Assembly: GCA_020348925.1 (NCBI GenBank)
Contig: CP070758.1
Location: forward strand, 1,072,469 to 1,136,468
DNA from: Gemmatimonadota bacterium
GTDB lineage: Bacteria > JBHIER01 > G020348925
Length of the DNA: 64,000 nt
Reading direction: 5' to 3'
Both the position numbers and the translations under genes were made by a program. Of the stretch, positions 27,952-38,328 are shown piece by piece (positions within the stretch are counted from its first letter, which is position 1; the number at the start of each line of letters is the position of its first letter). A model generated the notes under the pieces. It had not been told where the DNA came from. It saw nothing but the letters and a program-made list of their open reading frames with translations, and ran no database searches.

Positions 27952-29742
27952 ATGCATACAGAAACGAAAAAGAGACTAAAGCGTACACATACCTGCGGTG
28001 ATTTGCAGGCTCAGCACGAAGGCCAGGAGGTCGTTCTCATGGGATGGGTGCACCGACGTCGGGATCATGGCGGGCTTATTTTTATAGATCTTCGGGACCG
28101 ATACGGCCTGACGCAAATTGTGTTCAATCCGCAGGAGAGTGAGGATATGCATGAACTGGCCAGCACCCTCGGGACCGAATATGTTATCGCAGTCAAGGGT
28201 ATCGTGCGCCCACGGCCGGAGGGCATGGTCAATCCCAACATGCAGACCGGCGAAATTGAAGTTTTAGCCAAAGATTTGAAAGTTTTAAATCCTTCCAAAA
28301 CACCACCTTTTCTTATCGATGACGACTCAGGCGCCAAGGAGGACCTGCAGTTAAAATACCGATATCTCGATCTCAGGCGACCTCCCCTGCAACAGGCCAT
28401 TCTGTGCAGGCACAAGGTCTATCAGGCCGTTCGTGGCTTTCTGGACAACGACGGCTTTATTGAAATCGAGACTCCGATTCTGATGAAGAGCACTCCGGAG
28501 GGGGCCAGGGACTATCTTGTGCCCAGCCGGAATTTCAAAGGGAAATTCTACGCCTTGCCGCAATCCCCCCAGACTTACAAACAGATCCTCATGATTTCCG
28601 GTTTTGACAAGTATTACCAAATCGCCAAATGTTTTCGCGATGAGGATCTTCGGGCTGACCGCCAACCGGAGTTTACCCAGATCGATATCGAAATGTCCTT
28701 TGTCGAGCCCGAGGATATCTTTGACATGGTTGAGCGGATGATGGTGTACATTTTTAAGGAAGTTTTAGGAAGAGCCATCGATCGTCCCTTTCCCAGGCTG
28801 TCGTATGATGAGGCTATGGCTCAATACGGTACGGATCGTCCGGATATTCGATTCGATATGCCCTTAATCGATATCAGCCATGTGGCGCGCAGGTGCGATT
28901 TTCGAGTCTTCACCCAGGTTCTGGAGGGTGGGGGTCACATCAAGGGAATCAAGGTGAGCGGTGGCGCCTCTCTGTCCCGGAAACAGATTGACGCACTTGC
29001 TGAAGAAATGAAGCCATTTGGTGCGAAAGGCTTATCAACAATCAAAAGGAGTGATACCGGTATCGACTCCTCTTTAGCAAAATTCTTTTCACAGGAAGAC
29101 CTTGAGGAAATCGTCCGGACTTTTGATGCCCAGCCCGGGGACGTGTGTCTCATCGTTGCCGACCAACCGCACATTGTGGCGAGCAGCCTCTCTTTTCTAC
29201 GAACGAAGTTAGCCCAAGAGAGGGGCCTTATTCCGGAGAATGCATTTCAGCACTGTTGGATTACCCAATTCCCCCTCTTGGAATACGACGAGGACCGGGA
29301 CAGGTACGTGGCTGCTCATCACCCTTTCACAGCACCCCGGCAAGAGGACATCGAACTCCTCGCAACACAACCGGAAAAAGCGAAGGCCAAAGCGTACGAT
29401 CTCGTCCTCAATGGTCACGAAATAGCCGGGGGATCGATCAGGATCCACACGAGCGAAATCCAGAATCGGATGTTTCGAGCGCTCGGCATCGATGAACACG
29501 AGGCGAAGGAGAAGTTCGGTTTTCTCTTGGATGCCTTCGAATACGGCGCTCCTCCTCACGGTGGTATCGCCTTCGGATTCGATCGGTTGGTCATGATTCT
29601 CGCCGGTAAAACATCGATCCGGGATGTCATCGCTTTCCCAAAAACAACGAGCGCATCATCACTTATGGATGATTCACCATCGAAAGTGAGCGAGGAACAA
29701 TTGAAGGAACTGGGACTCTGCCTGCGCCCCGAGATTGGGTAA
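27952..29742 (+). CDS. aspS: Aspartate--tRNA ligase
   Basis: RTHTCG, RRRDHGG, PEGARDY, LPQSPQ, FRDEDLRADRQPEFTQ, GAPPHGG, VIAFPKT. Confidence 0.97.
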   Translation: MHTETKKRLKRTHTCGDLQAQHEGQEVVLMGWVHRRRDHGGLIFIDLRDRYGLTQIVFNPQESEDMHELASTLGTEYVIAVKGIVRPRPEGMVNPNMQTGEIEVLAKDLKVLNPSKTPPFLIDDDSGAKEDLQLKYRYLDLRRPPLQQAILCRHKVYQAVRGFLDNDGFIEIETPILMKSTPEGARDYLVPSRNFKGKFYALPQSPQTYKQILMISGFDKYYQIAKCFRDEDLRADRQPEFTQIDIEMSFVEPEDIFDMVERMMVYIFKEVLGRAIDRPFPRLSYDEAMAQYGTDRPDIRFDMPLIDISHVARRCDFRVFTQVLEGGGHIKGIKVSGGASLSRKQIDALAEEMKPFGAKGLSTIKRSDTGIDSSLAKFFSQEDLEEIVRTFDAQPGDVCLIVADQPHIVASSLSFLRTKLAQERGLIPENAFQHCWITQFPLLEYDEDRDRYVAAHHPFTAPRQEDIELLATQPEKAKAKAYDLVLNGHEIAGGSIRIHTSEIQNRMFRALGIDEHEAKEKFGFLLDAFEYGAPPHGGIAFGFDRLVMILAGKTSIRDVIAFPKTTSASSLMDDSPSKVSEEQLKELGLCLRPEIG

Positions 29743-29838
29743 GTTAGTGTAATATATTGTTTTTCAATATATTAACTAAGAAAATACGCGTGAAACATCA
29801 TTCTCTGACAGGGGAAAAAATTTTTTTAAAGATTTCCC

Positions 29839-29867
29839 TTGACAAGAGATAGCAATTGTGTTAATAT
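29839..29867 (+). promoter_or_regulatory. Putative sigma70 promoter with extended -10
   Basis: TTGACA-N17-TAATAT, -10 preceded by TGn. Confidence 0.65.
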
Positions 29868-29947
29868 TAATTAAAATTTTCAGGGGTTTGGATTGAAATG
29901 AGTGAACGTTTTACTATCCACTTTTTCTGAAGAGGAGGTGTTCTCGC

Positions 29948-30238
29948 ATGTTCAAGGGAAAAGCGGCAAGAGTGCTGATGTTGACCCTGTTAGGTTTCTC
30001 CTTGATCCTTCTGCCACTCATCTCAGGCTGTGCCAAACGCCCTTCCAAAGAGGAGTTAAGCAAACTGGAAGAGGCAAAAATGGCTGCACAAGCCGCGGAG
30101 AGGGAACTTGAGGCGAAAAAATCAGAGCGTATGGATCTTGAAAAAGAGTTGGATGAGAAGCAAAGAGAACTGAACGATCTGAAAACAGAACGGGATGAAG
30201 TTGAAAAATGCGTCCAATCCAAAAAGAAGAATCAGTAA
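29948..30238 (+). CDS. Small coiled-coil lipoprotein
   Basis: AGGAGG RBS, lipobox ISGC, heptad-rich E/K/L body. Confidence 0.8.
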   Translation: MFKGKAARVLMLTLLGFSLILLPLISGCAKRPSKEELSKLEEAKMAAQAAERELEAKKSERMDLEKELDEKQRELNDLKTERDEVEKCVQSKKKNQ

Positions 30239-30263
30239 TTGTAAGAAAGGAGCTTCGAAAACG

Positions 30264-31094
30264 ATGAGAACTCAATACATAATATTGGGCTTGGTCGCAT
30301 TGGGATTGATCATCCTCTCAGCAACTCCCGGAGTTGCACAGGAAACGATCTGTAAGAACATGGAGGAGTACCGAGCCCAGTTAGCAGAATGGCAGAAAAG
30401 GGAGGCGGATGCAAAGGCAGCGATTGCGGAGGAAGAAGCCAAAATTGCCGATTTGAAAAAGCAGATCGCTAATACCGAGTCTGAGAAGGAGTCTGTCCAA
30501 AAGGAAATTTTCAGCCTTGTCGGAACCGATAAAGCAGGGATTGCCGCTTTCGAAAGAAATCTGGACGATTTGCGGGGGGATATCCGCATGCTGAAAGGCC
30601 TCTCGGATGAAGAGAGAGGCACACGGTATGAGGACATCATGGCAGCGGATAAGAAGTTGAAAAAATATTCGATGTCCCCTATTGCCTGTCTTCCGGAAAT
30701 GAAGGCGAAAATAGCCGACCTCGAAAGAATGATGGCCGGTATCCCAAAACTGCCAGGCACGTATACAGTCATTCGCGGTGATTGCCTGTGGACGATATCC
30801 GGGAAACCGATTATCTATAACGATCCTGTCAAATGGCCGCGAATCTATCGAGCCAACCGCGATCAGATACAAGATCCTGATCTCATTTACCCCGATCAAG
30901 TTTTTAAGATCCCCAGGGGGTATCCCACGACGCATATAGTTGTGCCCGGAGAATGGTTGTGTAAGATCGCCGGTTATTGGGAGATTTACGGCGATTGGAG
31001 GAAATGGACAAACATTTACGAAGCCAATCGTGACCAGATCAAAGATCCTGATCTGATCTATCCCGATCAAGTTTTGAGTATTCCGAGGGATTAA
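30264..31094 (+). CDS. Secreted coiled-coil protein with two LysM domains
   Basis: AAAGGAG RBS; YTV.RGDCLW.I..W..IY.ANRDQI.DPDLIYPDQV..IP twice. Confidence 0.9.
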   Translation: MRTQYIILGLVALGLIILSATPGVAQETICKNMEEYRAQLAEWQKREADAKAAIAEEEAKIADLKKQIANTESEKESVQKEIFSLVGTDKAGIAAFERNLDDLRGDIRMLKGLSDEERGTRYEDIMAADKKLKKYSMSPIACLPEMKAKIADLERMMAGIPKLPGTYTVIRGDCLWTISGKPIIYNDPVKWPRIYRANRDQIQDPDLIYPDQVFKIPRGYPTTHIVVPGEWLCKIAGYWEIYGDWRKWTNIYEANRDQIKDPDLIYPDQVLSIPRD

Positions 31095-31221
31095 AGACAC
31101 TGGAATAGAACATAGACTGCTGATGAAGCCCTCGGCGGAATCGGGAAGAGCCAACCGGCGTCCAAGGGGCTGCTTGTCGTTGGCTCGACAGACAATCAAC
31201 AATTGAGGACGGAAGTATAGA

Positions 31222-31269
31222 CAAGCTCTTGGTTTCTGCATGTTTTCAGAGGCTGAGAGCTTTTCTTTT
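31222..31269 (+). terminator. Intrinsic terminator
   Basis: AAGCTCTTGGTTTCTG..CAGAGGCTGAGAGCTT stem running into TTTTTCTTT. Confidence 0.65.
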
Positions 31270-31346
31270 AAGTGTGAAGCGTGTCACGTCACTTTTCTTC
31301 TTCATTTGTATGTGACATGTACGCACAAAAGGAATGAACTGAACGA

Positions 31347-32372
31347 GTGAGCGAGACAATATCAGAAACATTTTCCCTCGATGGTATCGATCCTCTTTTA
31401 TTTTACGGTGCCAATGACGCCCATCTGTTGCTTATCGAAGAGGCCTTTCAGACGAAAATTGCAGCTCGCGGTGACACGATTCGTATCACGGGTAATGCTA
31501 CTGACGTGATGGGAGTACTATGCCTTTTTGAACATCTCTCGGAACTGGTGCTCAAAGGCAAACATCTCCATAAGAAAGATGTGAAAGCGCTTATCGATAT
31601 GGTCCGGGACAATACAGGAGAAGAGTCCCCGGATCCTGCCACAAACACAATCGTAGTATCCACAAAGAAAGAATGCATCAGACCGAGGTCCCGGGGACAG
31701 AAGCTCTATGTCCAGGCGGTGAAGCAATATGACGTTGTGTTTGCTATCGGTCCGGCTGGGACGGGAAAAACGTATCTTGCTGTGGCCATGGCAGTCGCTG
31801 CATTAAAAAAGGAGGACGTAAGGCGTATTATTTTAGCCAGACCGGCTGTCGAAGCCGGTGAGACCCTCGGCTTTTTACCGGGAGACCTGAAGGAGAAGAT
31901 CGATCCCTATCTCAGACCGATCTACGATGCACTCTATGAAATGATACCTCCTCTAAAACTTAAGAAACTAATCGATGAAAAAATCATAGAGATTGTTCCG
32001 CTTGCCTACATGAGGGGCAGAACCTTGAATAATGCTTATGTCATTCTGGACGAAGCCCAAAACAGCACTCTCATGCAGATGAAAATGTTTTTAACCCGTC
32101 TTGGCGTTCGCTCCAAAGCTATTATTACCGGCGATATTACTCAAGTCGATCTGCCGGAACATAAAATTTCTGGCCTCATCCAAATCCAACACATTCTTTC
32201 AGAGCTTCAAGGCGTTAAGTTCATCTATCTCACAGAGAAAGACGTGGTCCGACACATTCTCGTCCAGGAGATTATTAAAGCCTTTAAGGAATATGAACAG
32301 AACAGACTGAACTCCGATACTGCCCAGTCGGTAGAAAAAGTGAAGGATGTAACTCTTGCTCAAGAAGGATAA
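31347..32372 (+). CDS. phoH: PhoH family ATPase
   Basis: GPAGTGKT, RPAVEAGE.LGFLPGDL, AYMRGRT, DEAQN, GDITQ.DL. Confidence 0.95.
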   Translation: MSETISETFSLDGIDPLLFYGANDAHLLLIEEAFQTKIAARGDTIRITGNATDVMGVLCLFEHLSELVLKGKHLHKKDVKALIDMVRDNTGEESPDPATNTIVVSTKKECIRPRSRGQKLYVQAVKQYDVVFAIGPAGTGKTYLAVAMAVAALKKEDVRRIILARPAVEAGETLGFLPGDLKEKIDPYLRPIYDALYEMIPPLKLKKLIDEKIIEIVPLAYMRGRTLNNAYVILDEAQNSTLMQMKMFLTRLGVRSKAIITGDITQVDLPEHKISGLIQIQHILSELQGVKFIYLTEKDVVRHILVQEIIKAFKEYEQNRLNSDTAQSVEKVKDVTLAQEG

Positions 32373-34677
32373 GACAAAGAAACGCTCAACGAAGGGTTCC
32401 TTTCTGCAGAGCTTTAACAACTCCACGATCCAAAAGGGCTTCATTGGAATCGTAGTCGTGGGGCTTGTAACATTTCTATTCCCCGGTGAAAAAGCACATG
32501 AATTCCCAGAATTAAAAGTGGGAGATTTTTCGACCCAGGAGATCATTGCCCCTTTCACCTTCGCAATTCAAAAGAACGACGCCGATCTGAAAAGGGAGAG
32601 GAAAGCCGCCAGGGACAAGGTTCCTCCTCTTCTCGTTCACAATGGAAAATTGACCAACCGAAAGGTTGCGCAACTGGATTCCTTCTTTACACAAATTCAA
32701 GAATTATACCTCAGCGACGCTTCCGATTCTGCAAAAATGGAGACGATTCAAAGTTCGAACTTAAAATTTACGGAAGAAGGTCTCAACTTATTGTTGAACG
32801 GTGCCGTCTGGAAAAGCAACGGTGAAGCAGCGGATCACTCAAAAAACGATTCCTCTTTTCCCATCGAGTTATTGGTTCAGCTTCATACTTCCTGTCGAAA
32901 AGTCATCTGGAATATCTACGACCAAGGGTTCGTTAGAACAACTCGCGATATTATTCCACTGGCACAGGGAAGCGTTACTATTCAAAAACGAGGGGAGGAA
33001 GAACGGCTCCCTCTGGAGAACCTAAGAGATACTGAAATGGTAAAAGCCGAAATTATAGAAACCTTAAGCGCAGATCTCACCCAGAACATGAAATCCGTTC
33101 GTCTCGGTTATGAGATCTGCACAGCCATGCTGACACCCAACCTTATTTTCAATCAAGCCGAGACCGAAGTAAGACGTCAAGAAGCGGAAGCTTCTGTCTC
33201 AACAACGAAAGGACTCATTCTTGCGGGGCAAAGAATCATTGACTCTCATGTTATGGTAACTCAGGACCATGTCGATGCCATCAACTCCTTTATCAAAGAG
33301 AAAATGTCAAGGGAGCCACAGAAAGGGGTCTGGAAACGCTTCACCCCCCTTGTGGGTAGAATAGCCCTGATCTGTCTTCTTGTGGGCATTTTCGCTCTCT
33401 ACCTTGGGATGTACAGAACTCGAATATTCGACAACAATAGACTTCTTTTGGCCATAGGACTTATCTCCATCCTCATGACGGCAGCAGCGTCTTTCATCTT
33501 TCGAAGTTCTGCCCTCTCTGAATATCTCATACCTGTCACCATTGGTTCGATGTTGTTGACCATTCTGTTCGATGCCGAGGTTGCCATTGTGGGCACAGTC
33601 ATCAATGGGCTCTTGATTGCTTCTCTGTGGCGATTCGAATTCTCTCTCGCGCTTGTTTGTCTCTTCACGGGAATCGCAGCAATCTTCAGTGTTATGAATG
33701 TTCGACACCGCCATGATTTCTATAAACCTATGTTGTATATACCTCTCACATACATCGTCTCGATTACGGCCTTCAATCTTCTGCGCTTCGCACCAGCTGC
33801 TAAAATTCTCACTGACTGCGGTTACGGAATTGCGAACGGGATTCTCTCGCCCCTTTTGACCATAGGCCTCCTTCCTATCTTTGAGACAGTATTTCATCCC
33901 ACCACTGCTATTACTCTCCTGGAAATATCAGACCTGAACCGTCCACTGTTACGAAGGCTCTCCCTCGAAGCTCCCGGTTCGTACAACCACAGTATTTGGG
34001 TGGGTGATTTGGCGGAAGCAGCCTCCGATGCTATTGGAGCCAATTCTCTTCTCGCCAGAGCCGGCGCCTACTATCATGACATTGGAAAACTAACAAAGCC
34101 GAAGTACTTTCGTGAAAATTTAGAATACAAGGAGAGAAATCCCCACGATAAACTCTCCCCGACAATGAGCAGTTTAATTTTAGCATCGCATGTTAAAGAG
34201 GGCTGTGATCTCGCGAAAAAAAACAAACTGCCCCACATCATTGGCGATTTTATAAAGCAGCATCACGGCACGAGCCTCATGGTTCTATTCTACCAAAAAA
34301 CTCTTTCCCAGGGAGGTGACATAACCATAGATGACTCGAAGTTCCGTTACGCTGGCCCAAAACCCCAGACGAAAGAGGCGGGTGTTGTCATGTTGGCCGA
34401 TGCCGTCCACGCCGCTGTTATCAGTTTGAAAGAAAAAGATCGAACTCCAGGCCGGATCAAAGGTGTCGTCAACACTGTTTTCGAAAACAAATTCAGCGAC
34501 GGGCAACTCAATGAATCAGACTTGACCCTTAAGGATTTAGCCATTATCGAAAAAACGTTTCTCTTAAAATTGAAAGGAATTCTGCACGAACGGGAGGAAT
34601 ACCCCAACCAAAAACCGTCGTTATCTCAAACGAAGACAGAAAACCTACAGTTTGTGGCAGAGTCGTCTCTGGACTGA
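32356..34677 (+). CDS. 7TM-HD (HDIG) phosphohydrolase, PgpH-like
   Basis: Extracellular domain, 7 TMs, APGSYNHS, YYHDIGK, HHGT, LAD. Confidence 0.92.
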   Translation: MLKKDKTKKRSTKGSFLQSFNNSTIQKGFIGIVVVGLVTFLFPGEKAHEFPELKVGDFSTQEIIAPFTFAIQKNDADLKRERKAARDKVPPLLVHNGKLTNRKVAQLDSFFTQIQELYLSDASDSAKMETIQSSNLKFTEEGLNLLLNGAVWKSNGEAADHSKNDSSFPIELLVQLHTSCRKVIWNIYDQGFVRTTRDIIPLAQGSVTIQKRGEEERLPLENLRDTEMVKAEIIETLSADLTQNMKSVRLGYEICTAMLTPNLIFNQAETEVRRQEAEASVSTTKGLILAGQRIIDSHVMVTQDHVDAINSFIKEKMSREPQKGVWKRFTPLVGRIALICLLVGIFALYLGMYRTRIFDNNRLLLAIGLISILMTAAASFIFRSSALSEYLIPVTIGSMLLTILFDAEVAIVGTVINGLLIASLWRFEFSLALVCLFTGIAAIFSVMNVRHRHDFYKPMLYIPLTYIVSITAFNLLRFAPAAKILTDCGYGIANGILSPLLTIGLLPIFETVFHPTTAITLLEISDLNRPLLRRLSLEAPGSYNHSIWVGDLAEAASDAIGANSLLARAGAYYHDIGKLTKPKYFRENLEYKERNPHDKLSPTMSSLILASHVKEGCDLAKKNKLPHIIGDFIKQHHGTSLMVLFYQKTLSQGGDITIDDSKFRYAGPKPQTKEAGVVMLADAVHAAVISLKEKDRTPGRIKGVVNTVFENKFSDGQLNESDLTLKDLAIIEKTFLLKLKGILHEREEYPNQKPSLSQTKTENLQFVAESSLD

Positions 34678-34678
34678 T

Positions 34679-35101
34679 ATGGCCATTCACATTGAAACGA
34701 TCCATCCACACCTAAGCATCAACACCGAAACGTTGAACCGGATAGGCGACAAAGTACTTCAAGATGCACATCGAAGTAATTGGCCACTCTCCGTAACTTT
34801 TGTTGACGATCAATATATACAACAATTAAACAAAACCTATTTAGATCGTGATTATCCAACAGATGTTCTTGCCTTTCCCATCGATGAAATCACGAGTCCC
34901 CATAACAATCAGGAAAAGATTTTGGGAGATATATATATTTCACTAGATCGAGCCAAAGCACAAAGCCAGGAATACAGAGTTTCTTTTGATGAGGAAGTCG
35001 TTCGTTTATTTCTCCATGCTATTTTTCATCTCCTCGGAGACAGCCACGAGGAAATGGCTTCGAAAGTGGAGCACTATCTCCGTGAATTGAAAACAGTCTA
35101 A
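34679..35101 (+). CDS. ybeY: rRNA maturation endoribonuclease YbeY
   Basis: LN..Y..D.PTDVLAF, LGDIYIS, H...HLLG..H; in the phoH neighbourhood. Confidence 0.92.
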   Translation: MAIHIETIHPHLSINTETLNRIGDKVLQDAHRSNWPLSVTFVDDQYIQQLNKTYLDRDYPTDVLAFPIDEITSPHNNQEKILGDIYISLDRAKAQSQEYRVSFDEEVVRLFLHAIFHLLGDSHEEMASKVEHYLRELKTV

Positions 35102-35113
35102 GTTTTTATTCAT

Positions 35114-36445
35114 ATGGTTTCTATGAATACTTTTATAATCTTTGAATTCGCAGTTTTCCTCTTGCTCCTCGCTTTTTCGGCGTTCTTCTCAGGATCTGAA
35201 ATGGCCTTTTTCTCACTCTCCAAAGCAACCTTGCGAAGAATGCGAGAGGAAAAGCTTCATGGAAGTGAACTTATCTCCTCTTTACTAAGCAGACCGAAGC
35301 GCCTTTTAGTCACAATATTAATTGGAAACACCTTGGTCAACGTCGCTGCTGCCTCACTTGCCGCTTTCATCGCTATAGATCTCGCAAACCAACACGGCTG
35401 GAATGAAGTGATTGCACTTGTCATCGAAGTCTTCGGAGTCACGGCTCTTATCCTCGTATTCGGAGAGGTGACACCGAAAGTTTACGCGGTCAAATATCCG
35501 GAGAAATTCTCCCAGTTCGTGGCCGGGCCAATAAGAATAGTATCAATCATTTTTTTCCCTCTCACTTCGGTCTTAACTTCACTCACGAAAACTGTTACAG
35601 AATTGAGAGGGAAACAAGTGTCTTCGGTATCAGTTACGGAAGAAGAACTCAAGACGATGGTCGAAGTTGGGAGAGAAGAGGGAGCCCTCGACAAAGATGA
35701 ACAGGAGATGATCCACAGTATCTTTGCATTCGGTGAGACAGCGGTCCGGGAAGTAATGATCCCCCGGATCGACATGATCTGTGTGGAGATTGAAACGGAA
35801 CGGGATGAGGTTCTGCAACTTATTTCATCGGCGGGCCATACCCGAATTCCAGTCTTTCAAGAAAATGTTGACAATATCCTTGGAATTTTACATGCCAAGG
35901 ACCTACTCAAGGGAATGAGTCGATCTCCTGAAAACATCGATCTTTTAACGACTGCGCGAAAACCGTACTTTGTCCCGGAGACAAAAAAGATTGATGATTT
36001 GCTGCGGGAATTTCAAAGAAAGAAGATTCATATGGCCATCGTTGTTGATGAATACGGTGGTACCTCCGGATTGGTGACTCTTGAAGACCTCTTAGAGGAA
36101 ATTGTGGGTGAGATCCATGATGAATTTGATGTCGAGGAACCACTCTTTTCTCGAATAGACGAGAATACCATCGAAGCGGATGCTCGGATTAATATTCACG
36201 ATCTCAACGAATTGTTGGAAGTGGAATTACCGTCCGACGGATTCGAGACCTTGGGAGGATTCATTTTCAATCAAATGGGCAAAGTGCCTCAGGTGGAAGA
36301 CAGGATTGAATACGATGATCTCACATTCATCATTAAGGAAGTATCAAGACAGCGCATCTCAAAGGTTCGCATCCAGAGAAAATCACAATCACAGAGAAAA
36401 TCAGATACAGGACCTGACACAAAAGAGTACTTACCTCCAACCTAA
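35114..36445 (+). CDS. CorC/CNNM (hemolysin family) transporter: DUF21-CBS-CorC
   Basis: FFSGSEMAFFSL, GEVTPK, VMIPR, HTRIPV, VVDEYGG. Confidence 0.93.
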   Translation: MVSMNTFIIFEFAVFLLLLAFSAFFSGSEMAFFSLSKATLRRMREEKLHGSELISSLLSRPKRLLVTILIGNTLVNVAAASLAAFIAIDLANQHGWNEVIALVIEVFGVTALILVFGEVTPKVYAVKYPEKFSQFVAGPIRIVSIIFFPLTSVLTSLTKTVTELRGKQVSSVSVTEEELKTMVEVGREEGALDKDEQEMIHSIFAFGETAVREVMIPRIDMICVEIETERDEVLQLISSAGHTRIPVFQENVDNILGILHAKDLLKGMSRSPENIDLLTTARKPYFVPETKKIDDLLREFQRKKIHMAIVVDEYGGTSGLVTLEDLLEEIVGEIHDEFDVEEPLFSRIDENTIEADARINIHDLNELLEVELPSDGFETLGGFIFNQMGKVPQVEDRIEYDDLTFIIKEVSRQRISKVRIQRKSQSQRKSDTGPDTKEYLPPT

Positions 36446-36465
36446 CTTTCAGAGATCTTTCACCA

Positions 36466-37692
36466 ATGTACGAGCCTATCATTATCATCCTCAGCTTTCT
36501 CCTCACCGCTTTCTTTACCGGATCGGAAACCGCCCTCATTTCGGTACATAAAATTCGCCTCAAACACTGGTCAAAAATTAAGGGCAATTTGGGGAAAGAA
36601 GCTGCAGAATTTCTGACGAAACCAGAGATCATGCTGAGTACGCTGTTGGTAGGTACAAATGTGATGGAAGTTACGTTCGCCTCCTTCACTTCCGCCTATC
36701 TTGGACCCCACTTTCAAAAGGCGGTTGTTCTCTTCATCAATACTTCATTAATACTCGTATTGGGTGAAATCATACCGAAAGCGTTCTTTCGGGATCATGC
36801 AACGGTCATTGCCCAGCGTGTGCTCATTCCCCTAAAAATTTGGTACTATATTTTCTTCCCAATCACAGTGTCTTCGTCATTCATCGCCAACTCTCTGACA
36901 AGACTTACCCACGGCGACCATCTGAAAAAAAATCTCCTCTTCACAAAAAGAGAGATGCTCGCACTCATGGCCGAGGGTGAAAGCGAAGGAAGTATTGAGA
37001 AAAATACGCGCAGATTGGTTTCAGCTATTTTCGCTTTCAGCGAAGCTCCCGTTCGAGAGGCGATGACTCCAAGGACGGAAATTGTTGCCGTGGAAAAAGG
37101 ATCGACGGTCTCTTCGGTCATGGAGTTGGTCTCTGAAAAAGGATTTTCACGAATCCCAGTATATGAGGAAAATCTTGACAACATTATTGGCTTCGTGAAC
37201 GTGCTAGACATCATGGGCACCACTGACCCGGCATACAAAATCGACAGTATTATTCGGCCCATACCTTATGTTCCCGAAACCAAGAAATGCGACGAACTAT
37301 TACTCGAACTCCGTGGAAAAAAAGGCCACATAGCTGTGGTTATTGACGAATATGGCGGAACGGCCGGATTAATCACTCTCGAGGATTTGCTTGAGGAAGT
37401 AGTGGGCGATATTTATGACGAATTTGACAAACACGAACAGATGTACTGGAAGATCAGTGATCGCTCATTTATTATTGATGCCCGGATGAGGATTGATGAT
37501 ATCAATAAAATCATGAAATTGAACTTACCCCAGGGAGACTACGAGACGCTCGGCGGACTTCTCTTAGAACACTTGGAGAGAATCCCCAAAGCCGGTGAGG
37601 AACTCACCATTAAAAATCTTCGATGTATCGTAGCAAGGGCGAATGACAAGAAAATTGATAGAGTCAAGATCATCGTCTTAAGTTCCGATTAA
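36466..37692 (+). CDS. CorC/CNNM (hemolysin family) transporter, second paralogue
   Basis: [31 protein letters not shown]. Confidence 0.93.
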   Translation: MYEPIIIILSFLLTAFFTGSETALISVHKIRLKHWSKIKGNLGKEAAEFLTKPEIMLSTLLVGTNVMEVTFASFTSAYLGPHFQKAVVLFINTSLILVLGEIIPKAFFRDHATVIAQRVLIPLKIWYYIFFPITVSSSFIANSLTRLTHGDHLKKNLLFTKREMLALMAEGESEGSIEKNTRRLVSAIFAFSEAPVREAMTPRTEIVAVEKGSTVSSVMELVSEKGFSRIPVYEENLDNIIGFVNVLDIMGTTDPAYKIDSIIRPIPYVPETKKCDELLLELRGKKGHIAVVIDEYGGTAGLITLEDLLEEVVGDIYDEFDKHEQMYWKISDRSFIIDARMRIDDINKIMKLNLPQGDYETLGGLLLEHLERIPKAGEELTIKNLRCIVARANDKKIDRVKIIVLSSD

Positions 37693-37838
37693 TCAAATAT
37701 TTTGAGATACTTTGTCCTGCCAATGCCTTTGCCGAAGAAAGCGCATCATTCCCTTTGAAAGCAGTGCGAGGTAATTTTTCCATTGTTCTTAAAGGGTATT
37801 TATGAAATATACTATATTCAAACACGAAAGGAGATTCG

Positions 37839-38228
37839 ATGATGAGCTACTATTTTACAAAGGTTGTAGATTTGTCTTTCGAGAATGCCGTGTCCAGGGT
37901 CACCTCAGAATTGAAAAAGGAGGGCTTTGGCATTCTGACTGAAATTGATGTCAAGGAGACACTGAAAAAGAAACTGGACGTCGATTTCCGTAAATACAAG
38001 ATCCTCGGTGCCTGCAATCTTCCTTTTGCCTACAAAGCGCTTCAGGCGGAACGAATGATTGGTACCATGCTTCCCTGCAATGTAATTGTTCAGGAAGTTG
38101 ACGAGGAGAAGGCCGAGGTTTCGGCTGTCGATCCCATCGCTTCCATGCAGGCCATTAGGAATCCGAATCTCGGGGAGGTGGCGACGGAAGTCCAGGCCAA
38201 GCTAAAGAAAGTAATAGATAGTCTGTAA
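37839..38228 (+). CDS. DUF302 family protein
   Basis: GFGILTEID, YKILGAC, MLPCNV. Confidence 0.88.
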   Translation: MMSYYFTKVVDLSFENAVSRVTSELKKEGFGILTEIDVKETLKKKLDVDFRKYKILGACNLPFAYKALQAERMIGTMLPCNVIVQEVDEEKAEVSAVDPIASMQAIRNPNLGEVATEVQAKLKKVIDSL

Positions 38229-38263
38229 TCTTCAGGTATAAGCATACAATGTATCCACCCATG

Positions 38264-38290
38264 GTAGGGGTTCAATATATTGAACCCTAC
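38264..38290. repeat. GTAG-type REP palindrome
   Basis: GTAGGGGTTCAAT-AT-ATTGAACCCTAC between convergent genes. Confidence 0.6.
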
Positions 38291-38328
38291 TCTATATCAT
38301 CCTGCCCATCTCACAATATTTAACTGCC

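Noticed and set aside
31120-31145. Hammerhead ribozyme core (CTGATGA..GCC..GGC..GGAA)
   Set aside because: The required GAAA and stems I/III with a UH site are not present
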